IMG/VR virus record: IMGVR_UViG_2740892251_000001
Length of the DNA: 64,000 nucleotides
Reading direction: 5' to 3' (one strand)
Source of the DNA: an uncultured virus (IMG/VR IMGVR_UViG_2740892251_000001)
Lineage: Duplodnaviria > Heunggongvirae > Uroviricota > Caudoviricetes
In this document: piece by piece, positions 57,513-64,000 of the stretch
Layout of the letters: each line of letters begins with the position of its first letter
Position numbering within the stretch: the first letter of the stretch is position 1
The notes under the pieces: model-generated
Told to the model about the DNA's origin: nothing
What the model saw: the letters and a program-made list of their open reading frames with translations, nothing else
Database searches by the model: none
Made by a program: the position numbers and the translations under genes

Positions 57513-57782
57513 ATGAAAAATATAGTACATAAAGTTCGATTTATTGGTGTCGATCATGCTGACCCCGCTAGTGAACGTTCGGTGTTAACCATACAGGTTG
57601 AATCTCTAGAAGCACTATTAAATGAAACACGGGCTGATGAAAGAAAGAATCAGGCTGTACTTGTCTCTTCCCAACTAGAAAAGGTAGCCAACCAAATTGG
57701 GGAGATGAGCGCCGTAGAAGTTGCTGACCTTCTCAACCAAATGGCCGAACGCATGATCAATCAGTCCCGCGAGCAACATTAA
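57513..57782 (+). CDS. DUF2732-like early protein
   Basis: LLNETRADERKNQA...L...A....MSAVEVADLL. Confidence 0.75.
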   Translation: MKNIVHKVRFIGVDHADPASERSVLTIQVESLEALLNETRADERKNQAVLVSSQLEKVANQIGEMSAVEVADLLNQMAERMINQSREQH

Positions 57783-57839
57783 AACGCTTATCAGCAGTAT
57801 TTCTGACTGAACAAAATAACAGCAACTACGGAGACTTAA

Positions 57840-58355
57840 ATGCCCACTAAAAAAATCACTACCGAGGTATATAACGTGGGAATTGGCCCTGAATGCACTC
57901 AGGGGTTTTCGCTGCATCTACAGAAGCAACCCACGCAGGGTTCAAGTCTCCAGCAATTAGCGATGACACAAACTCATTCCAATCTGGCGACACAAGAAAG
58001 ACTGAAGTATTCAGTGGCAAATGAATCCTATCATTGTAAAAAAACCGTACCGTCTGGAGAGTGCAATCAACAGAGACATGAATATCTGTCTCTAGCTCTG
58101 CCAGATAACCCGTCTTCTCCCATACAAATCTTTGGGGCTTCGGAATTTGCTGATACACGATTTGTAATGCGTGCTGAATTACTTCTTTCCATTGCTCGCG
58201 CGGTGGGGGAACTTTTGGAAGGTTGCACTCCATCTGACGAGCAAGACTCCTTCGATCGTCTTTTGATAAAGGCCAGCGCTCTTTTACGCGAAGCGGTGCG
58301 CACTGAACAAGAACCTCACAAGCCTCAATCAAACGATGTGCAGGAGCAAGCATAA
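57840..58355 (+). CDS. Hypothetical protein; overlaps a long antisense ORF
   Basis: GGAG RBS, in operon orientation; no recognised motif. Confidence 0.45.
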   Translation: MPTKKITTEVYNVGIGPECTQGFSLHLQKQPTQGSSLQQLAMTQTHSNLATQERLKYSVANESYHCKKTVPSGECNQQRHEYLSLALPDNPSSPIQIFGASEFADTRFVMRAELLLSIARAVGELLEGCTPSDEQDSFDRLLIKASALLREAVRTEQEPHKPQSNDVQEQA

Positions 58356-58450
58356 ATGTTTTTGGCTTTGTATCCATATCCACAAGAAATTTTAGGTTGT
58401 CTGTATAGCGTCCTGTTGAGCCGCTATAACTCAAAGCTTGCTTATCTTCC

Positions 58451-60814
58451 ATGTTGCCTCGTTCTGAGCGCCAAATGATCGGGAAGCAATATAACCAAGA
58501 TCTGGTTAACCATAAACAAGAGATAATAGCTAAAGACTCACATCGTGCCTCCCGAGGCCGCATTATCCCAACTCCGCCGTTGCCTTATCCGGGCAGCGGC
58601 GCTGCTGTTCCTGCTTATGCCTATCCCGGCAGCAAACCGCGCCAAACCCTTGCACCAGCAAGACCGCTTACCCGTGAACAACTGATTCAGGGGCAAGCTG
58701 TTTTAGCCAATATCAATAATCTGCCCCACTTCCTACGCAGCCAGTTCATTTCTCGCTATGAATACCTGTTAGCCAATAAAGGGCTAAACGACGCTAACAA
58801 ATGGCTGGTGTTTGTTTTTGACCAGCGTATCTGGCCGCGTATTGAGGTGGTCAATAGTAAAAATGTTATGCGCCTTAGTGCGTCAATGAGCTTTTCCACT
58901 GATACCCCAACCTATGCCAGCTTAGCGGGTATGCATGATAAAGAGCTGCGCCGCTTTGCCCGCAAAATCGGCGATGAGCTAATGGTGGCGTACAACCATC
59001 ATTGTGATGAATGCATTAAGGTTAATCAGGGTGACAGGGCCGTTTTATTGCAGGCCGATACACAGGTTCGTATTTATGGCGATCTTGCCAGAATGGCGCG
59101 CGCTTTTAATATCACCCCGATGCACTGGCGCAAATACCTGAAAGACCGGTTAGATATCACGTCTGCTATCGCCAGCCTGTCACGGCTGGTTGATCCTGAA
59201 TGGTGGGAGCGCAAACTCAAAGCACAGCGCACCCGCTGGCGGGAGGCGTTATTGATTGCTGTCGGTAATGTCAGCCGTGATATGTCGGCCTCTTCTTATG
59301 CCAGTAAGCAGGCTATCCGCGAAGTGTTCGCCCGTCGTCAGTCTAATTTGGAATACCTCAAAAGCTGCCAGTTAGAAAACATTGAAACCGGTGAGCGCAT
59401 CGACCTGATTGATAAGGTGATGGCGAGTATTTCCAATCCAGAAATTCGCCGTATGGAGCTAATGAGCACCATCGCCGGTATCGAAAAATATGCCGCTTCA
59501 CAGAAGCACGTCGGCATGTTCCTGACCGTCACCACCCCGTCAAAATATCACCCGACCCGCGTTATCGGTAAAGGGGATAACGAGAAAGTCCAGCTTAACC
59601 ATAAGTGGGACGATGAAGCCTATTCCCCCAAAGACGGCCAGCGCTACCTTTGCAATATTTGGAGCAAAATGCGCACTGCCTTTAAAGACAATAAATTAAG
59701 CGTCTACGGAATGCGGGTGGTTGAGCCGCACCACGACGGCACCCCGCACTGGCACATGATGCTGTTTTGTGAGCGCCGCCAGCGCCAACAGATTATCGAC
59801 ATAATGCGCCGCTATGCGTTGAAAGAAGACAGTGACGAGCGCGGGGCCGCTAAATACCGCTTTGAGTGCAAGCACCTGAACAAAGGCGGGGCCGCTGGTT
59901 ACATCGCTAAATACATTGCCAAGAATATCGATGGCTATGCGCTTGAGGGTGAACGCGACCATGAAACCGGTGAGCTGCTAACCGATTCCGCTGCGGCGGT
60001 TACAGCATGGGCGGCAACGTGGCGCATCCCTCAGTTTCGCCCAATGGGTATTCCCTCCATGGGAGCCTATCGCGAGTGTCGCCGTATCCGTTTTATCAGT
60101 CTGGCCGAGTCGTTTGACGAAACGGTGGAAGCTGTGCGCCATGCGGCTGACGAGGGTGATTTTGCTGCCTACATCGCTGCGCAGGGTGGAACCAATAGCG
60201 GCAATCAGACTGTGCGTGTAGCCAAACGCATTGCCGATGAGCTGAACGCCTACGATGAAGAAGTGATGAAAGTCGTCGGTATCTATGCCCCTCACTTGGG
60301 CGCTGACCATGTTCATGAAACCCGTACAACCCAATGGCGCATCGTTTCTGGTGCCGTTGACGTTGAGCCTTTGACTTTGAAAAGCGCCTCTGGCGCGCCT
60401 CGGAGTCCTGTCAATAACTGTGGGTTAGGTGGAAACACCCAAGCGACAAATGACCCCAACGGGGAGGCTAAAACGCCTGTGATGGCGATGGAATACCCAC
60501 CGGATGCAGTTATTGACTGGTCGGACACTGCCGCCGTAAAGGCGATTGTGGCTCGCGTTAAAGAGAAACAGCCAACGATCAGTAAGATGCAACGCAGTTA
60601 TGACCCCACCAAGGGCCGACTTATTGCGCCATCAGCCCGTTTAACCCGCGAAGAACGCCAGCGCATCCCACAAATCCGCAACGATTTACTGTTGAAAGAT
60701 ATCAGCGCCCAACGCTGGGTACTGGAATCGTTAGCCCGTGGGGCAAAAATGTCTGTTGGTGATGCTGTTATCCATTATCCGGCCTTGTCCGACTGGCCGG
60801 AATTCGATGATTAA
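58451..60814 (+). CDS. A: Rolling-circle replication endonuclease gpA (start uncertain)
   Basis: T.TTPSKYHP, HUH motif EPHHDGTPHWH, YIAKYIAKNIDG, APRSPVNNC. Confidence 0.95.
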   Translation: MLPRSERQMIGKQYNQDLVNHKQEIIAKDSHRASRGRIIPTPPLPYPGSGAAVPAYAYPGSKPRQTLAPARPLTREQLIQGQAVLANINNLPHFLRSQFISRYEYLLANKGLNDANKWLVFVFDQRIWPRIEVVNSKNVMRLSASMSFSTDTPTYASLAGMHDKELRRFARKIGDELMVAYNHHCDECIKVNQGDRAVLLQADTQVRIYGDLARMARAFNITPMHWRKYLKDRLDITSAIASLSRLVDPEWWERKLKAQRTRWREALLIAVGNVSRDMSASSYASKQAIREVFARRQSNLEYLKSCQLENIETGERIDLIDKVMASISNPEIRRMELMSTIAGIEKYAASQKHVGMFLTVTTPSKYHPTRVIGKGDNEKVQLNHKWDDEAYSPKDGQRYLCNIWSKMRTAFKDNKLSVYGMRVVEPHHDGTPHWHMMLFCERRQRQQIIDIMRRYALKEDSDERGAAKYRFECKHLNKGGAAGYIAKYIAKNIDGYALEGERDHETGELLTDSAAAVTAWAATWRIPQFRPMGIPSMGAYRECRRIRFISLAESFDETVEAVRHAADEGDFAAYIAAQGGTNSGNQTVRVAKRIADELNAYDEEVMKVVGIYAPHLGADHVHETRTTQWRIVSGAVDVEPLTLKSASGAPRSPVNNCGLGGNTQATNDPNGEAKTPVMAMEYPPDAVIDWSDTAAVKAIVARVKEKQPTISKMQRSYDPTKGRLIAPSARLTREERQRIPQIRNDLLLKDISAQRWVLESLARGAKMSVGDAVIHYPALSDWPEFDD

Positions 60815-60833
60815 TCTACCTATGAGGAAAACC

Positions 60834-61193
60834 ATGACTAAAACCGCCGCAACTACCCGCAAACAGGCACAGCGCCAGCGTGATAAATCTGCCGGTATCA
60901 ATGAGGTTCGCGCCCGACTTGAGCCGGAAGAGTTCGCCATGCTGAACGAGGGCATGGTCGCCCGGCGTCTGTTTCGGCCAGCCTATGATTTACCAGAATA
61001 TATCGCGCTGCTTATTCGGCAAGATAACCTGCGACTAAAAGAGCAACTGGCCGAGATGGGTAAACAACGTTGCGGCAGATGTGGCGATACCTTGCCGGGC
61101 GATCCGAATGGATGCTGTTTGCGGGGTGAAGCTGCGTGCTGGCAGACCAAAGGTATCAACAGCCTATTAATTAGCATAGTTAAACCTTTGTGA
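60834..61193 (+). CDS. Hypothetical Cys-rich protein; homologue of 39178..39522
   Basis: GAGG RBS; RKQAQR...EYIALLIRQD...CGRCGDTLPGD..GC....CWQT.G. Confidence 0.8.
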   Translation: MTKTAATTRKQAQRQRDKSAGINEVRARLEPEEFAMLNEGMVARRLFRPAYDLPEYIALLIRQDNLRLKEQLAEMGKQRCGRCGDTLPGDPNGCCLRGEAACWQTKGINSLLISIVKPL

Positions 61194-61296
61194 CGCGTCA
61201 CATCGGATTATTTTTACAACATATAGCGCGTCACAAGCATCTGATTTAGCTAAATAGCCGTATACGGTATTGACCTTAATATTCTTTTACTCAATA

Positions 61297-61312
61297 CTGT
61301 ATATAAATACAG
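61297..61312. promoter_or_regulatory. LexA (SOS) box
   Basis: CTGTATATAAATACAG; TTGACC -35 at 61270. Confidence 0.85.
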
Positions 61313-61329
61313 TATAATAAGGAACCTGC

Positions 61330-61524
61330 ATGGAACACGTTGATAAAATAGAACTAACGCTAACAAGAATTAAATTTATTGCTGAAGTTTCGCAAGTTGC
61401 ACAGTGCAGTAATAGTGAGTTTCTTGTCGCCATGTCGTTGATATCAGACCTGACCAGCCAGATAGTGACGAGCCAAAATTATGATGAGATTTTCTATAAC
61501 GCCGACGGCCAAAAGCCGCACTGA
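61330..61524 (+). CDS. SOS-regulated small protein (Tum-like antirepressor candidate)
   Basis: Directly downstream of the LexA box, at the position of phage 186 tum. Confidence 0.6.
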   Translation: MEHVDKIELTLTRIKFIAEVSQVAQCSNSEFLVAMSLISDLTSQIVTSQNYDEIFYNADGQKPH

Positions 61525-61700
61525 TAAATTCCCCATAAAACGATGCATGTGTGGCCCCCCATCGCGATTTGGGTCATGCATGCATATAGTGCATGATTCC
61601 GCATGTCGATCCCCTCCCCTATTTCCCCTGTTAGCGCCAGTTCCGGCGCGGATCTCAATGGATCATGCAAGTGCATGAAAAGCGACCTGCAAAGCGCGCA

Positions 61701-61719
61701 GGCGTGGCGGGGATAGCAT
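61701..61719 (+). other. cos site (19-nt cohesive end)
   Basis: GGCGTGGCGGGGATAGCAT, compared with P2 GGCGAGGCGGGGAAAGCAC; flanked by GCGCGCA/TGCGCGC. Confidence 0.85.
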
Positions 61720-61882
61720 TGCGCGCAAAGGGTTTTGATACCCTTATTTATAGATCTTGGGCGGGCCGTGGTGCTGCGTTCGGTTGGGTTGGGAATCAAT
61801 GCGTGTTCATCGGGTGCGAGGGCGTGGCGGGCGTCTGGTGGCGTATGGCGCGAGGTGTTGGGATTGCTACTTTTCGGGCATG

Positions 61883-61906
61883 AAAAAGCCGCCCGGTTCG
61901 GCGGCT
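61883..61906 (-). terminator. Portal operon terminator
   Basis: AGCCGCC/GGCGGCT stem with a T tail on the minus strand. Confidence 0.75.
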
Positions 61907-61930
61907 ATGATATTCAAAAATATCAATTAA

Positions 61931-62320
61931 CTATTTGCAAACTTGAAACGCTGCCAGCTTGTTTTCATCTGTATACAGTGCAGCGACAAAGCCATCTGTA
62001 ACCAGTGAGTTGATAACGCCAAGCGCGCCAGTCATGTATTTGTCTTTAGACATACCACACATCACCTCAGAGTCATGGGCTAACGTCGCGTTACATTCTA
62101 TTCGATGCGATACCAGCGCAGTAATACAATCCGGGTCAAGTGACAACGCTTGATTAAGAATATCAACAGCCCGTTGCGCTGTGATTTTCTGGTTAGTTTG
62201 AGTTTCCATAATTATTACTCGTTTCGTTTCGCATTTTTGGGGTGGCTGAGGCGGTGGCGCGGGCCTCTTCACAATATCGCCGGGGTTATATGGCGGCGGT
62301 GTTGGCGCTTTACGTCCCAT
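61931..62320 (-). CDS. Hypothetical protein with Pro-rich N-terminus (alternative start 62209); homologue of 23320..23631
   Basis: Coupled to the portal gene; shared motif. Confidence 0.65.
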   Translation of the reverse strand: MGRKAPTPPPYNPGDIVKRPAPPPQPPQKCETKRVIIMETQTNQKITAQRAVDILNQALSLDPDCITALVSHRIECNATLAHDSEVMCGMSKDKYMTGALGVINSLVTDGFVAALYTDENKLAAFQVCK

Positions 62321-62321
62321 A

Positions 62322-63359
62322 TTAATCCTCGCTTATCAGTTCATAAGGCTTAAACCGGATCACCTCTTCCCCTATCCAGTCATTCACCTCTTTCAATCGT
62401 TCTTGCAACGGCGTTAACTCGTTACGGACAAACACTTGTGAGGCTTTCGCCACGTCACCGAATCCGCCGGTATTGTTGGGAATAATCCCCATCATCTGCG
62501 GTGGCACCCGGTGCACACTGAGCAGGTCGTCGCGGGTGGCGTTCTTGATATTAAAAAAGTCATCTTTGGTGGCGACTTCGCTCAACGGTAAAATCTGGAT
62601 ACCGTCTTTTTTGCCATTAGGCGCGTACATAAACAGGTTGCGGAAATTGCCTAGCCCTTTGGTGTCGCGCATCGCTTTACGCATTGCCTCAATATCGCTG
62701 CTACTTTGCGCCGCATCAGTCATATACAGGATGTATCCCGCGTGAGCGCCGTTCTGATAATACTTGCGGCGAAACAGCGTGGCGGCTTCATTGAGCCATG
62801 CCGAATTTAAACCGCTGAGGTATTCCGGTAAACCGTAAAGCTCCTGATTGATATCCGGCTCGATCAGGTGGAAAACGCTCCCGGCGGCGAACAGGTGTTC
62901 ATCTTTCCAGTTCTGGACAAACCAATAGCACTCTTTTTCTAATCCACGTCGGGTGTACTTTGCCGGGCTGGGGTCGAGGCGCAGTGCTGCGCCCAGTTGG
63001 TTACGGCGCAGCTCTAAAAACGCATTGCCGAATACCAGATAATCCAGCGCATAACGGCTAAAAGCCTGCTGACTGAGCATGGGGTGTGGGATAAAAGTAC
63101 TTGCCAGTATGTTGCGCTTCACATACAGCGGTGAGCTGTGATGCACTGCCGCCCGGAAGCTGCGCGCCAGCCCGTCAAAGCTGATAGGCGGGTCATACCA
63201 TTTTCCGTTGCCGGTGCATTCGATGTAATCCAGAATTTCCCGCTTGTCGAGCACGGCGGAGGGTTCGCCAAAGGTGAACGCCTCCACCGGCTGCTGTTGG
63301 CTGGCGGTGTGATTGGTTGCCGGGCGACTTAATGCCTTGCGGCCTTTGCGCTTACTCAT
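62322..63359 (-). CDS. Q: P2-type portal protein
   Basis: EAFTFGEP, HHSSPLYVKRN, NGAHAG.I, HRVPPQMMG. Confidence 0.96.
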   Translation of the reverse strand: MSKRKGRKALSRPATNHTASQQQPVEAFTFGEPSAVLDKREILDYIECTGNGKWYDPPISFDGLARSFRAAVHHSSPLYVKRNILASTFIPHPMLSQQAFSRYALDYLVFGNAFLELRRNQLGAALRLDPSPAKYTRRGLEKECYWFVQNWKDEHLFAAGSVFHLIEPDINQELYGLPEYLSGLNSAWLNEAATLFRRKYYQNGAHAGYILYMTDAAQSSSDIEAMRKAMRDTKGLGNFRNLFMYAPNGKKDGIQILPLSEVATKDDFFNIKNATRDDLLSVHRVPPQMMGIIPNNTGGFGDVAKASQVFVRNELTPLQERLKEVNDWIGEEVIRFKPYELISED

Positions 63360-64000
63360 CCGTAAAACTCCAAGAAATTAGGGCTGTGACCGCCATATGT
63401 CGCGGTAAGGGGTTCATTTAACAGGGCGTGCATAATCGCCCACGCCACATCGGCATGGCTGGCTTCTTCACTGCGGCTGGCAACATAAGTCGAACTCTTG
63501 CCGCTGGCGGTCATGGTTTTGCGAATGGCCATAAATGACTGGGTGATATCGGTGTGGCCGGTGTCATATTCCAGACGGCCGTTATTGATGGTGTGTTTGG
63601 CTTTCAGCACCATGGCGGTTTTGATTTCAGGGGTGTATTTGATTTCCCTTGCGGCCGGGAAGAACTGGCGCACCAACTGGAAAACACCTTGCCCGACGGT
63701 AGTCGCATCAATACCGATGTATTCCACGCAATATTTCTGCGTCAATTCTTCGATATGCTTGGCCTGCGCTTCAAAATCCATACCTTTCCACTGGTGGCGC
63801 TCCAACACGCGGAACTTGCCGCCCGGCACCATTGGCGGCGCAATCACCGCACACCCGGCACTGTCGCCGCCGTTGGCCTCGGACGGGTCATAACCGATCC
63901 ACACCGGGCGATAACCAAACGGCCGCAACGAATAGGGGTTGTAGTCTTCCCACTCTTCCAGACTGTCCACCATGCAAGCCTGCAACTCGGCGAACGGGAA
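63356..64000 (-). CDS. P: Terminase ATPase subunit, 3' part
   Basis: VWIGYDPS, YIGIDATT, SHADVAWA. Confidence 0.93.
   Translation of the reverse strand, partial: FPFAELQACMVDSLEEWEDYNPYSLRPFGYRPVWIGYDPSEANGGDSAGCAVIAPPMVPGGKFRVLERHQWKGMDFEAQAKHIEELTQKYCVEYIGIDATTVGQGVFQLVRQFFPAAREIKYTPEIKTAMVLKAKHTINNGRLEYDTGHTDITQSFMAIRKTMTASGKSSTYVASRSEEASHADVAWAIMHALLNEPLTATYGGHSPNFLEFYG

Larger units (their letters stand above)
49868..64000. mobile_element. P2/186-like prophage, left part (continues past the window)
   Basis: int-cI-apl-cII-fil...A-cos-portal-terminase order; IHF site at 49887..49899 next to the tRNA fragment. Confidence 0.9.

Noticed and set aside
61540..61680. TGCATG-rich repeats as a novel array
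   Set aside because: Consistent with the normal P2-family cos-proximal region

Overview
The window is almost entirely prophage DNA from an enterobacterium (probably Yersinia-like; this is an inference). It holds two prophages in tandem at the anticodon loop of tRNA-Leu(UAA). (1) An apparently complete ~49.8 kb lambdoid siphophage spans 1..49867, bounded by a 31-bp direct repeat of the tRNA 3' half. It has tail, head, lysis, Q, replication, immunity, recombination and xis/int modules. Its many morons include a YbcK-like serine recombinase, an autotransporter, a secreted TonB C-terminal domain, a PD-(D/E)XK nuclease, Mom, a GNAT+ASCH pair and a Cap15-like protein. (2) The left part of a P2/186-like prophage spans ~49868..64000: cargo including a frameshifted CHAT protease, then int, cI, apl, cII, rep A, cos, portal and a partial terminase. 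The most striking unexplained structure is a ~120-nt minus-strand sRNA candidate at ~44751..44870, next to cI/pL. It has an extended -10 promoter, GNRA and cUUCGg tetraloops, two UUGGUC loops and a U7 terminator. Its UUGGUCUUGCCUCUGUU segment is complementary over 13-17 nt to the ribosome-binding sites of at least five early lytic genes on both arms, and most of these also carry an upstream GACCR hairpin loop. This looks like a multi-target antisense-RNA immunity layer. All family assignments are by eye from motifs; no searches were run.
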